Of a stretch of 64,000 bases of DNA, positions 35,584 through 45,470 are shown piece by piece. Numbering within the stretch: the stretch's first letter is position 1; the number at the start of each line of letters is the position of its first letter. A program made the position numbers and the translations under genes. This DNA is from a phage: NCBI GenBank assembly GCA_029942545.1, contig GCA_029942545.1_4114.1, one strand, 5' to 3'. Below the pieces are notes generated by a model. That model was given only the letters and a program-made list of their open reading frames with translations, was not told where the DNA came from and did no database searches.

Positions 35584-35980
35584 AATTATGCAACGTTGTG
35601 TTGTTGACCAACACGGGATATATGGATATCGTTTAAGTGCTCCTATTGACAAAAATAAAACAACCTATGTAAGCTATAATGCTGTACAAGGATTTGATAT
35701 ATTCATTAGTACTAATTATCAAATCAAACAAGCTAAAGATGTGTCTATAATGACCCCTGATGAGTTATTTCAGTACAGCTTAGTCTTTCCTACATGTATC
35801 GATTTACAACGTCTAGGAGCGATACAGAAGGTTTTACGCGAACATAAAGTACAACCCAATAAAGTCACACACATTCCAGAAACAATCTTCAAAACCATAG
35901 AAGTAGAAACTCCTGATTATATGTTAAGTGATGATGAGTACTACGAGAAACACTTCCCTGGTAAAGTTTGGAGAGACTAA
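35567..35980 (+). CDS. family B paralog
   Basis: motif TPDELFQYSLVFP. Confidence 0.65.
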   Translation: MLEMIKIMQRCVVDQHGIYGYRLSAPIDKNKTTYVSYNAVQGFDIFISTNYQIKQAKDVSIMTPDELFQYSLVFPTCIDLQRLGAIQKVLREHKVQPNKVTHIPETIFKTIEVETPDYMLSDDEYYEKHFPGKVWRD

Positions 35981-36471
35981 TGAACCGAAAGTACAGAGAA
36001 ACTATGAAGTTCGCTAGGGAGTGTTTAGAAGTGTTTGAGTTCATCAATGCTCATAAAGATTTACTCCATAGATACATTGCAATCAGTGAGACAGATGACC
36101 ATAGGTACATATGTTCTCGAATTCAAGATAAGATATATAAGATTGTGTTCTCGGAAACATACACAGATACATCTAATTCACTATATGATTTTGCACGTAC
36201 TGATTACGTTTCATACAAATCTTGGTCTGATAGTATTAAAATTGTGCACAAGCAAAATACATTTTATTCTTTTCTTACGGACATTTCCGAAGAAAGTTAC
36301 TTTCAAAACAGTTTAATTTATACAGAAAAAGAACTCAAAATGTTATATATTATGTCGTACTTTAAAAAGTACTGCAAATTTAATACATTATCTTTTGAGA
36401 TTTCTGCAATGAAAGTATTCATTAAAAATGTAAAAGAATTAAAGAGGGCTTTTAATGTACATAGAAAATGA
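35980..36471 (+). CDS. family B paralog
   Basis: motif SEESYFQNSLIYT; ATG 35980; track start 35968 is TTG. Confidence 0.6.
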   Translation: MNRKYRETMKFARECLEVFEFINAHKDLLHRYIAISETDDHRYICSRIQDKIYKIVFSETYTDTSNSLYDFARTDYVSYKSWSDSIKIVHKQNTFYSFLTDISEESYFQNSLIYTEKELKMLYIMSYFKKYCKFNTLSFEISAMKVFIKNVKELKRAFNVHRK

Positions 36472-36997
36472 GAATGTAAAATGCATTACTGAAATTTGTA
36501 TAAAATTAATGAAAATTTTCATTAACCCAAAATACAAAAAACGTTCATTACATCATAATATTGATGAGCATTGTACCATTAATATACTAGGTAGTATTCT
36601 TGATGTAAAATATGATGGTAGAATGTTATTTGGCATAAGAGAAGAGAAAATAGATGATGCATTCTTTTCCTGTAAAGATAAATTTGAACCTTCTGATTAT
36701 AAAGTAATTATTCGTGATGATAGCATCTACATTAGTAGTGATTATTCAAATTACTTCGATAAAATATACAATGAAAACGTTGACTACCATTATGAAATGA
36801 TAGATTTACCAGTAACAGACATTGATATGGAGAGAATCAAATTTTCATTATCAGATAATGAGTACTTAGGTATACAAACATATTATTCACTACAAGGAAA
36901 GATTCCACCTGCTATGTATATAAGGATTGAGATTGGTAATGTATTCAATGATAAGGTTATATCTATTGCTGATAAAATATTGAGGGTTGAATTATGA
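36455..36997 (+). CDS. hypothetical protein (180 aa), possibly divergent family B
   Basis: ORF track; motif not recognisable. Confidence 0.5.
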   Translation: MYIENENVKCITEICIKLMKIFINPKYKKRSLHHNIDEHCTINILGSILDVKYDGRMLFGIREEKIDDAFFSCKDKFEPSDYKVIIRDDSIYISSDYSNYFDKIYNENVDYHYEMIDLPVTDIDMERIKFSLSDNEYLGIQTYYSLQGKIPPAMYIRIEIGNVFNDKVISIADKILRVEL

Positions 36998-37557
36998 ATA
37001 TCAATGATTACCAATTTCATAGGCTTGAATTTCGTCATTGTGTTGCATTTGCAAAAACATTGATGTGCATCATTGACACTCTTTCATCCAAACAATTTCG
37101 TAAGGATAATGATTTATTTCTGAAAAAAGGTCGTGTAACATCAACCGATATCGGTATTGAACTATTTGTTGATATCAGTGTTGATACCGGAGACAGTACA
37201 AGGGTTGGTTGTATAGGTCATATTGGTACACATTGCTTCACATGGAATCCAAATACAAGTCAAGTACGAATTGATTATAGAAATTCACGTTGGGTTGATC
37301 TTAGTACTGAATCAGATTTAGAATCAGCTATGTTCCAGCTAAGTTTAATTCACAATCCTAATGAACTTCTTTACATTATTACTTTCAGTTATCTGTTACA
37401 AAACTACGATAATCCATCAGGATTTTTCATAGAATCAGATATAGATGAAATTATGGAAGAGATTCCAAGTTTAAAGAATATTCTCGAAGAAAAAGATTTC
37501 TATGAAGACTTCAGAGATTTATACGACATGCACTTGGAGTTATTTAAGAATGGATAA
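36994..37557 (+). CDS. family B paralog
   Basis: motif ESAMFQLSLIHN; ATGA overlap. Confidence 0.65.
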   Translation: MNINDYQFHRLEFRHCVAFAKTLMCIIDTLSSKQFRKDNDLFLKKGRVTSTDIGIELFVDISVDTGDSTRVGCIGHIGTHCFTWNPNTSQVRIDYRNSRWVDLSTESDLESAMFQLSLIHNPNELLYIITFSYLLQNYDNPSGFFIESDIDEIMEEIPSLKNILEEKDFYEDFRDLYDMHLELFKNG

Positions 37558-38068
37558 AGATGATATTCTAATTAGACTAATTAATAGTTTAATAAAGTTC
37601 TCAAATAATGATGTCGATACATACAAAGTGGGGGATATTGAATTTAAATCATTTGGTATGTACGGTGAGGATAAAACATATTATGCGTCAATGAAATTTC
37701 AAGATTTTCACGAGATGTTAATATCGTTATCATATGAAGATGTTGATCCAAGATGGAGTTCCAGTATTTCACTATCGAGAATGGTAATTCGTAGTAAGCA
37801 TCGTTATATTTCGTCAAAGAATACTCCTAACTTGATTAATATTGTGTTGAATGAAAATACAAATCCCCTATCTAAACATGATATCGTACCGTTAACCGAT
37901 GAAGTTATTTTTCAATTGAGTACCATTTGTGATGAAGATGTGATATCATGTATGAAAATTTATGAGAAGGTTGGGAGTGATATTCCCATGAACTATTACC
38001 TAACTATAGATGGAACGTACCTTCGAGATGAGGTTCTAGCGTACATCGACAGTGTTTTACCAAAATAA
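37550..38068 (+). CDS. family B paralog
   Basis: motif TDEVIFQLSTICD; ATG 37550; track start 37502 is upstream. Confidence 0.6.
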   Translation: MDKDDILIRLINSLIKFSNNDVDTYKVGDIEFKSFGMYGEDKTYYASMKFQDFHEMLISLSYEDVDPRWSSSISLSRMVIRSKHRYISSKNTPNLINIVLNENTNPLSKHDIVPLTDEVIFQLSTICDEDVISCMKIYEKVGSDIPMNYYLTIDGTYLRDEVLAYIDSVLPK

Positions 38069-38089
38069 AGACCCGTATGGGTCTTTTTG
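38066..38089 (+). terminator. intrinsic terminator
   Basis: AAAGACCC-GTAT-GGGTCTTT followed by T5. Confidence 0.8.
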
Positions 38090-38155
38090 TGTTTATGGCT
38101 TTACAAGAGCATTCAGGTGTGTTATACTTGATTTTAACTAGAGTTGGAGGAATCT

Positions 38156-38722
38156 ATGAGTACTGAATTAATTAAAGAAGTCACATTACTTCTGAAGCAT
38201 TGTTTTAAGTTCATTCCTGATACTGGCTCACGCCAGTACATTAAAGTTAATGAGAAATATAACATCAATATCCTTGTATCTGAAACTGCGAGCAGTTATG
38301 CAAACATTGAGTTGGATTCTGAAGAAAAATATACAGTATTACAAATCATAGCAGATGTACAACGTAAACAAGATTATCGTTCTTCATTTTACAACGATCA
38401 TCTGTGTGTTTGCTCAAACTTCAGTGAGAATAAAATTGTGTATAAGAATTTATACACACATGAAGTGATTGATACATATAATTATAAAATTTCATCTGAT
38501 GAATACAATGTTCTAATGTTCAACGCAAACCTTTTGTATGATGCCAGTACTGTACGCTGTTTAGAGTTAGCATATAAAATTCCAAAGATCATGGAAAGAA
38601 AAGATTTGATTCACTTTAAAACTATTTTAAAATACAGTACAAAAGAATTAGAGGATTTAGTACAGGCTCTTAAGAATTTCATTAATGAACATGTACCTGT
38701 TAAATTCGAGGATGCACAATGA
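38156..38722 (+). CDS. hypothetical protein (188 aa), possibly divergent family B
   Basis: RBS GGAGGA before ATG 38156; track start 38144 is TTG; degenerate LMFNANLLYD. Confidence 0.55.
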   Translation: MSTELIKEVTLLLKHCFKFIPDTGSRQYIKVNEKYNINILVSETASSYANIELDSEEKYTVLQIIADVQRKQDYRSSFYNDHLCVCSNFSENKIVYKNLYTHEVIDTYNYKISSDEYNVLMFNANLLYDASTVRCLELAYKIPKIMERKDLIHFKTILKYSTKELEDLVQALKNFINEHVPVKFEDAQ

Positions 38723-39303
38723 ACCATATCAGAACTAAAATTTTGAGACTCATGCATGACATTGCAGAACTTTCAGAGATTCATGACATTACAGAAATTG
38801 TTGAATTTGATGATTATCGACTGAAAATTGAAAACAAATCCAAACATCGTTTTGGATCAGTTCAGTTGGATGTATATAAAACTTATGAATTTTCTAAAAA
38901 AATTAAAAGTTCATGGGATACGATTACTATGTACATTCGCACATCCAGAAATCGTGAACGTATTGGTTCTATTTCTTCTAATATGGTATTTGCGAATGCA
39001 TTACATGAAAAAATGAATAAAATTGTAGAATCTAATTTCAGTGAAGATGATGGATTTATTGGGTTGGATGTTCCACCAGAATTAGACCAAAGTGAAGATA
39101 TTCGAGATGCATTCATTTTCCAGAAATCCTTGTTGGACAATTACAAAGAATTCGAGTACTTAATGCTTTGTTACGATACTGCAAAAATTCTTGATTGTGG
39201 TGAACTAGTTATGTACAATGATTTTATCAATTGCAAGACTGATGTTCTGAATACACTACTTCAAAATATAGAATCTGTTAAGGAAAAATATGAACGCTTA
39301 TAG
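38719..39303 (+). CDS. family B paralog
   Basis: motif RDAFIFQKSLLDN; ATGA overlap. Confidence 0.65.
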   Translation: MNHIRTKILRLMHDIAELSEIHDITEIVEFDDYRLKIENKSKHRFGSVQLDVYKTYEFSKKIKSSWDTITMYIRTSRNRERIGSISSNMVFANALHEKMNKIVESNFSEDDGFIGLDVPPELDQSEDIRDAFIFQKSLLDNYKEFEYLMLCYDTAKILDCGELVMYNDFINCKTDVLNTLLQNIESVKEKYERL

Positions 39304-39868
39304 TTATATGACAGAACGCCATCAGTTATTATATGATATCAGTAAAAAAATGCTATCAATTGTTGGTAGTGCGAAAGAAATTGAAAAACAATATCTCATC
39401 CGTGATGTATCAATTTCATCCAAATGTTGGTCAAATGAATATTACGACCACGGTATTCTTACTATTTCTGGGGCCAGAAATATTTGTATTGTAAAAAATA
39501 AAAGTAAAAGTAATGAAGAGTGTGAGATTAGAACCGATATACAAATTAAGGATGATGGAAGTTTTTCACACCACCCATTCCATATTAGTACTGTTGGTGT
39601 TTTATATAATATTAAAGTACTATTCGGTGATGAAGAGTATGTGTTAAAATCTATCAATCCAGATTCAAGTACAGTTGAAGAAGAACTGTTCCAGATGAGC
39701 ACTGTTATACCTGAAGAGGTTCTTAGTACTATTATTTTTTGTAGTTTAATTTATCATGAATACAAAAAGAACCAGTTCGATTTCCACATGTTAGGAACGT
39801 ACATCTTCAATAATTTGAATGTAGATCGTTTAAAAGCATTAAATGCAGCAATGGATAAGGTTATATAA
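39290..39868 (+). CDS. family B paralog
   Basis: motif VEEELFQMSTVIP. Confidence 0.65.
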   Translation: MNAYSYMTERHQLLYDISKKMLSIVGSAKEIEKQYLIRDVSISSKCWSNEYYDHGILTISGARNICIVKNKSKSNEECEIRTDIQIKDDGSFSHHPFHISTVGVLYNIKVLFGDEEYVLKSINPDSSTVEEELFQMSTVIPEEVLSTIIFCSLIYHEYKKNQFDFHMLGTYIFNNLNVDRLKALNAAMDKVI

Positions 39869-40296
39869 TGACAAGAGATGATTGTTTGTACATATGGGAT
39901 ATAATTGAAACTACACTTTCAAATCCAGAAAATTATAAAACAAAAAAAAGACAACGACACAAAATATGGATAGATTTGTTCGTTGAGGGCATACACGCAG
40001 TGACTATTTGGGATTCACCGAGGGCATCAGCATCTACTCTATTGGACAATGAATGCATTGATTGCATTAATTCCACTTTTCATCTCTACGGTACTACATT
40101 TTTCGGTACATTTCTGGATATTGAAAGTAAAGATGATATTGATTCACTTGCGTTACAATACCAAGTACTGTATAATACTAAATTAATTTACGATTTAGTA
40201 CTAGCTTCTTATGTGTATAAATTAATGATGAAATATAATCATATTTCTGTTTCAGTTTATACTAAGGATATTCTTTCATTAAGAGACAAAACATGA
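39868..40296 (+). CDS. hypothetical protein (142 aa)
   Basis: ORF track; no clear motif. Confidence 0.5.
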   Translation: MTRDDCLYIWDIIETTLSNPENYKTKKRQRHKIWIDLFVEGIHAVTIWDSPRASASTLLDNECIDCINSTFHLYGTTFFGTFLDIESKDDIDSLALQYQVLYNTKLIYDLVLASYVYKLMMKYNHISVSVYTKDILSLRDKT

Positions 40297-40802
40297 GTTT
40301 ATTAAATGCACGCGAATTAGTTGAGATGTATGAGATTTTGTCTTCATATAAAAATTCTCATGGAGATGTGATTCTCGACAAAAAGTTCCATGTCAGTGTT
40401 GAACATATATCAAATATAGATATGATTTCTTTGGTGGAAAGTAATAAGTCAGGTCTTGAACGCGATATCATGCGTTTGATTTATATTCCCAAACCATCAT
40501 ATACTAATGATAGTTCAATTAGTAATGAGACATTCATGTATAGTCCTGGTACGGATTCTACTATAGTATCGCTGTCCAATAAATCAATGGGTACTTTCCA
40601 ATTCATCTATACCAGTACTGATAACATTGAAGAAATTGAATTTCAAAACAATACATTAAGTCCATGTAGTAGTGTTATAACCTTTATGTCATATCTATGG
40701 TCAACTAAAACAAGTGCTGTTGTATATAGTTCAAATTATACACAAGATAGTATTGTTGAATCATATAAAGTTCTAAAGGAATACTATGAAAATAACAAAT
40801 GA
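40293..40802 (+). CDS. family B paralog (divergent)
   Basis: motif EEIEFQNNTLSP; ATGA overlap. Confidence 0.55.
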   Translation: MSLLNARELVEMYEILSSYKNSHGDVILDKKFHVSVEHISNIDMISLVESNKSGLERDIMRLIYIPKPSYTNDSSISNETFMYSPGTDSTIVSLSNKSMGTFQFIYTSTDNIEEIEFQNNTLSPCSSVITFMSYLWSTKTSAVVYSSNYTQDSIVESYKVLKEYYENNK

Positions 40803-41367
40803 TTTTATTAAAAGTGTAGTACACCCTATGCTTAGTATTATGAAAAAAATACAGAATCTACCGGAAGATAACGATTACAAGTTTAATCGTTTTGATTCAG
40901 ATGTGTTTTGTATTGAAATTGAAATTAATAACAATCGCAATTTACATTTAAAATTCAAAGAATCGTCAAGTCCGTACTACAACTTTGATATGAATTTTAA
41001 AATAGATACTGACATTGAAGAAAACGTAATATCAAATCATACTAGCAAAAATGGTTTTATGCATAGAACTACTATGTACAATAATAAAAATAGTATTATA
41101 TCTAAATGGAATCATCAATTCACTAAAATTTGTGAAATTGAATATAGTGATTTTGGTGAAGAGAATTACTTTCAGTTAAGTACAATTCATGAACTTCCAC
41201 CGTATGATTATGTTAAAACATGGTTTGATATTCATAATATAATTGATGATGCAATCAAACTTCCATTTGGTGTGTCAATATCATATACTGCTCCTAAAAC
41301 ATTTGTTTTTACTGAAGATATGATTATGAAAAAGATATGGGCAATTATCCCACTTATGATGGATTAA
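40786..41367 (+). CDS. family B paralog
   Basis: motif GEENYFQLSTIHE. Confidence 0.65.
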   Translation: MKITNDFIKSVVHPMLSIMKKIQNLPEDNDYKFNRFDSDVFCIEIEINNNRNLHLKFKESSSPYYNFDMNFKIDTDIEENVISNHTSKNGFMHRTTMYNNKNSIISKWNHQFTKICEIEYSDFGEENYFQLSTIHELPPYDYVKTWFDIHNIIDDAIKLPFGVSISYTAPKTFVFTEDMIMKKIWAIIPLMMD

Positions 41368-41372
41368 ATTCG

Positions 41373-41398
41373 TACCAGGGGTTGACTCTGGTATTTTT
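41373..41398 (+). terminator. intrinsic terminator
   Basis: TACCAG ... CTGGTA stem followed by T5. Confidence 0.7.
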
Positions 41399-41428
41399 GT
41401 ATGATACATTGTCCTAAAGGAGAATTTT

Positions 41429-41980
41429 ATGAACTACAATCATGATCTTTTTACATTATGTGCATCCAAATGTGTTGATGGATGGACAGATAAAATCAAT
41501 ACCATAATTCATCGATATCTGGTCTTTAGTTCTCGTGCACGAAGTGAGGGGGCTATGGATTTCAAATATACACTATCTATTGATGGTGTAACTATCCATG
41601 CAGACGAAGAACGTCTGAGCATTAATTTGTATGATTCCTGTGTATTTGCTATTCACCAAAAGATGGGGAAAGGATGGGGTTGTAATAACATTAACTCAAA
41701 AGCTATCTTTTGGGTTGGTCACCACCAGACAGTACTTGATCCTTCAATCAAATCTAATCTTTTATCCGATAATATGGTTTATGATTTATTGTACTCCGAA
41801 GAACAACATTTTCAGTTAAGTACATTACATGATCTGGCACAGTACGAGGATTGTTACAAAACATTAGAACTATGCCATTCCCTTGAACTTAAAGATAAAT
41901 TGATACAAGTTTACCCTTCATTCTTTCATGAAGAAGTACAAAGTACACTAGATCATATTTTATATGGATACGATAAATGA
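41429..41980 (+). CDS. family B paralog
   Basis: motif SEEQHFQLSTLHD; RBS AAAGGAG. Confidence 0.65.
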   Translation: MNYNHDLFTLCASKCVDGWTDKINTIIHRYLVFSSRARSEGAMDFKYTLSIDGVTIHADEERLSINLYDSCVFAIHQKMGKGWGCNNINSKAIFWVGHHQTVLDPSIKSNLLSDNMVYDLLYSEEQHFQLSTLHDLAQYEDCYKTLELCHSLELKDKLIQVYPSFFHEEVQSTLDHILYGYDK

Positions 41981-42579
41981 GAAAAAGTTATCAAGAAGCT
42001 ATTGACTTAATTCGTGAAGTTATCAAGGTGGCTCCTGCTGCTATTGAGTTCAAGAAGTCCATATACAAGAAGTATGGTTCAATGTCGAGTATGTGCTTTC
42101 AAAAGAAACGTAGAGCATTCACTACCCAGTACTGGAATGATTCTATCATCCTGAGCAATGAGACTCAGCGTATTTTAACACTAGAATCTGAACCTAATGA
42201 GTACGGGGAAGGGAACATTTGTGTACCTGATTATGATGAAATTAACTTCAACTGCGGTGATTTTGAAACAACATTATTACTTCATGAGGGTTATCCAGAA
42301 GGTGATGTATTAGCTGAGTACAATCCAAAAACTAAAATTCTCAAAAGAGGAATCCAGTTCACTATTAATAACAAAGATGATGTTCAAGCAGCACTGATGC
42401 AACTGAGTACAAGTGAACCTATCACTATTAGTGTAGAAGAGTTATGGGGAATTATTTCAGTACTCAATGAGTGCTACAAAGTAAAATCATTGCGTAAACA
42501 CAGCATTATATTACATACCAATATGGCAAATATAAAATGTAAGCACATTCAAGAAATGGTGGTTCCAGATGGACTTTAA
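41977..42579 (+). CDS. family B paralog (divergent)
   Basis: motif QAALMQLSTSEP; ATGA overlap. Confidence 0.55.
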   Translation: MRKSYQEAIDLIREVIKVAPAAIEFKKSIYKKYGSMSSMCFQKKRRAFTTQYWNDSIILSNETQRILTLESEPNEYGEGNICVPDYDEINFNCGDFETTLLLHEGYPEGDVLAEYNPKTKILKRGIQFTINNKDDVQAALMQLSTSEPITISVEELWGIISVLNECYKVKSLRKHSIILHTNMANIKCKHIQEMVVPDGL

Positions 42580-43153
42580 AGAAATTGAAAGTAAATTAAA
42601 GTACTTCAAAGATATCAAACTTCTTTGGAAAAAGTATAAAGTTGATTACAATTTCAGTGATGATGAGACAATAAAATACATTGAGATTAATATCAAAATC
42701 AAGTTCAAGAATAATAATTATGGTGAAGTAACCTTAAATCATACTGGTATATCACTCAAGGACTATGATGGTACAACACTCGCATATTTTGACTTCACAC
42801 CAGAACCAGGTGAAACACTACTTAGTGAGATAAATTCCTATGACATGGAAGTGTTCGGCGGGAATCCGTTACTGTTCCGACTTTCTGAAGAGTGGAGTGA
42901 AGAGTACTATACTTACAAAGATGGTGTAGTACTTGACATTCATGGAGAAGTTGTGAATGACTTGGAAGAACGTTTGTTCCAAGAATTGTGTGTTTCAAAT
43001 ACTTCATATGCATACAATCATATCCTTGACATGTTTGATTTATATAGTAAAATAGATGCTGAAATGAAGGCACATGGTATTCATTACCTTACAATTAACG
43101 ACTATGCTCAACTCGAAACCGCTGTGAAAGCATTGACTAAAGTACTGAAATAG
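42569..43153 (+). CDS. family B paralog
   Basis: motif LEERLFQELCVSN. Confidence 0.6.
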   Translation: MDFKEIESKLKYFKDIKLLWKKYKVDYNFSDDETIKYIEINIKIKFKNNNYGEVTLNHTGISLKDYDGTTLAYFDFTPEPGETLLSEINSYDMEVFGGNPLLFRLSEEWSEEYYTYKDGVVLDIHGEVVNDLEERLFQELCVSNTSYAYNHILDMFDLYSKIDAEMKAHGIHYLTINDYAQLETAVKALTKVLK

Positions 43154-43162
43154 GAATGAAAT

Positions 43163-43576
43163 ATGAAACTGTATCATGCGAGTACTGTAAAAATTGATAA
43201 CTTTTATATCCCGTATGGTGGTCTTCATATGGGAGGTAAACACAGTGCTTTGGAAGCTGCATTACGCAAGCTGAGAAGCCCACTGAACGTAGTAGACGCA
43301 TGTACAGTATACTTGCATACCTTAGAAGTTGATGTTGATAACGTGCTTCTGTGTGAAGATTTAGGCAGTGATGATGAGTGGCGTTCACTTATTGAGAATT
43401 GCACTGCTCAAGGTTATGATGCTGTTCAGTACAAAAATGACTACGAGCCTGATAATGTTCCTAGCTTTATGATTTGGGATGCATCTAAAGTTCGCATCAT
43501 TGAAGTTGATGCTATGCATATGGATGAAGCTGAAATGATTATCGAAGATTTTCTTGATGAATATGAAGGTGTATAA
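43163..43576 (+). CDS. hypothetical protein (137 aa), non-family insert
   Basis: ORF track; LYHAS...GGLHMGGKHSA; no family motif. Confidence 0.5.
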   Translation: MKLYHASTVKIDNFYIPYGGLHMGGKHSALEAALRKLRSPLNVVDACTVYLHTLEVDVDNVLLCEDLGSDDEWRSLIENCTAQGYDAVQYKNDYEPDNVPSFMIWDASKVRIIEVDAMHMDEAEMIIEDFLDEYEGV

Positions 43577-44112
43577 TGACTGACCCGATGGTAGCACTGG
43601 CACGTACTAAGTTACTATTAAAGATTGGTGAGATTTTTACGGTTCTTCTGTCCAATAATATTGATATTACTGAGCTAGATATTAAGCAACCGTGGGAAGT
43701 GACTATGTTCTCGGCGTTCCACCGATTGTCATATAAAGGTGAAAGTGTTCTTGATTTTAACCCTAAAGCAAAATTCATAGATTATGCTGCGTTGTACAGA
43801 GAGTTGCACCGAAATATTTATTCCGGTTGTATAACCAATAACTTCAAAGAAATTAAAGTTCAAACTGCATCACATGAGTTCAATGATTTACTTTATCCAG
43901 AATTTAATCTAACGGAAGAATTACTCTTTCAGTACTCGTTAATTCTCACAAATCTCGAAACACTAGAGTTCTACAAAGAGTTAGTAGATATTTTTATGAA
44001 TACACGACTTTCAAAAGATATTGTGATATTCTGGTATACAGAGCATGTTACGGAGGAATTGCTTACTGAATTTCTTCTAAATATGACAGCTATAAAGGAG
44101 AAGTTATGTTAG
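43576..44112 (+). CDS. family B paralog
   Basis: motif TEELLFQYSLILT. Confidence 0.65.
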   Translation: MTDPMVALARTKLLLKIGEIFTVLLSNNIDITELDIKQPWEVTMFSAFHRLSYKGESVLDFNPKAKFIDYAALYRELHRNIYSGCITNNFKEIKVQTASHEFNDLLYPEFNLTEELLFQYSLILTNLETLEFYKELVDIFMNTRLSKDIVIFWYTEHVTEELLTEFLLNMTAIKEKLC

Positions 44113-44579
44113 ATATTTTAGGAAACATCGATACTGCAAATTATTTTATCCAGGACGCACTGTTCAATACAGTTCAACAAGGATTAGAAGTTCGTCATAA
44201 CGTTTACCAAGGTGATGGTTATTTCGTTGATATTGTTGAGGCACGAAAGAATACGTTTAATGTTAACATTACAACACTGGGTAGACAGAACATTGCACGA
44301 ATTTTAGTAAGTAAAGATGAAATTGTATTGAGATACAGTGCTAAGTTTATGTTGACTTATAAGAAAAAAACTGATATGTTCAGTACTAATTTATTTGATG
44401 AGCCATTTGACCTTGAAGATATTGAAGCTACTTTCTTTACTCAAAGTACTATGGTAAAATACACTGATGTTCAATTTTCTGCTGATGTAATGTCAGAAAC
44501 ATTACAAATGATCAAGGTATTATTTTATGCATTTGAGCAATTTAGAGAAGAAAGAAACAAGGTTAACAACCACAGATGA
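44106..44579 (+). CDS. family B paralog (divergent)
   Basis: motif EATFFTQSTMVK. Confidence 0.55.
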   Translation: MLDILGNIDTANYFIQDALFNTVQQGLEVRHNVYQGDGYFVDIVEARKNTFNVNITTLGRQNIARILVSKDEIVLRYSAKFMLTYKKKTDMFSTNLFDEPFDLEDIEATFFTQSTMVKYTDVQFSADVMSETLQMIKVLFYAFEQFREERNKVNNHR

Positions 44580-44940
44580 ACTAATAGAGGCGATGACTAA
44601 GGAGTCAAAATACCACAAAGGGATTCGTCTATATTTTATAGATATTGGTTCAATGGAAGGCATATACATTTATGGTTCACAATCTTTATCTTATGATGTA
44701 ATGCCAAAAAAACATGTAAAAATCTTTTTAGGTTCAAATAAAAAAACTTTCTTGACAATTAATGATAAAAACGTTATTATGAATTCGTTGGGTCATGATA
44801 AGGTGGAAATTGATCTAAACACACTGGAGGATATTGATTTTTTTCAATACGAGTGTTTAGGTGTTGACTTACATGGCATTAGTAGCGATATGATAAAATC
44901 ATTAATCAAATATTTCGAAGGTGTTCATAAATGTATCTAA
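44527..44940 (+). CDS. family B paralog (divergent)
   Basis: motif EDIDFFQYECLG; start uncertain (ATG 44527 overlaps upstream gene by 53 nt; alternative ATG 44593). Confidence 0.5.
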   Translation: MHLSNLEKKETRLTTTDELIEAMTKESKYHKGIRLYFIDIGSMEGIYIYGSQSLSYDVMPKKHVKIFLGSNKKTFLTINDKNVIMNSLGHDKVEIDLNTLEDIDFFQYECLGVDLHGISSDMIKSLIKYFEGVHKCI

Positions 44941-45428
44941 CTAAATCAATGAAAAATTCATTTGATAAAATCAAGAGTTGTCTTGATGGGGAAAATATTA
45001 CAAGTGTTACACAAACTGCTGACCAAATTCAAAGCAGTTCAAGTGATTGCACTGTTATTTTTGGTTTACATAGTCTGCGTTTATCAATAGTAAATAATAT
45101 TGACAACACTGCTATTGTAATCACACCATGCAATATTCAAAATGAAAATGGTGTATATCTTCATCACATGGGAACAGTATTTCACATTTTCAATTCAAAC
45201 GAAAACATTGTTAAGGAATACAATACTCTTAATATTGATTCAGGTGAATTATTTCAAATGAGTACTTTGTACTCATGTAATTTTACAGATACTTCATGTA
45301 TTTTGCCATTTTTCTTGGAAATTATTAAGAAAATGGAAAATTTAAAACGTGAATACAATAAAGAAATGGTTCCTGAAGCTATATTAAATATTACTAATGC
45401 TATAGAGAAGTATAATGCAGTGACTTAA
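44931..45428 (+). CDS. family B paralog
   Basis: motif DSGELFQMSTLYS. Confidence 0.65.
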   Translation: MYLTKSMKNSFDKIKSCLDGENITSVTQTADQIQSSSSDCTVIFGLHSLRLSIVNNIDNTAIVITPCNIQNENGVYLHHMGTVFHIFNSNENIVKEYNTLNIDSGELFQMSTLYSCNFTDTSCILPFFLEIIKKMENLKREYNKEMVPEAILNITNAIEKYNAVT

Positions 45429-45470
45429 TAAAAACGCACATGGAGTGCATTAGAAGATCAAGGATAGATC

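Noticed and set aside
43163-43576. Assigning the 137-aa protein to a 2H-phosphoesterase or Tpt1-like family on the basis of HASx and LHTL
   Set aside because: Only one of the two H-x-T/S-x motifs fits and the spacing is atypical; too weak to call without a profile search.
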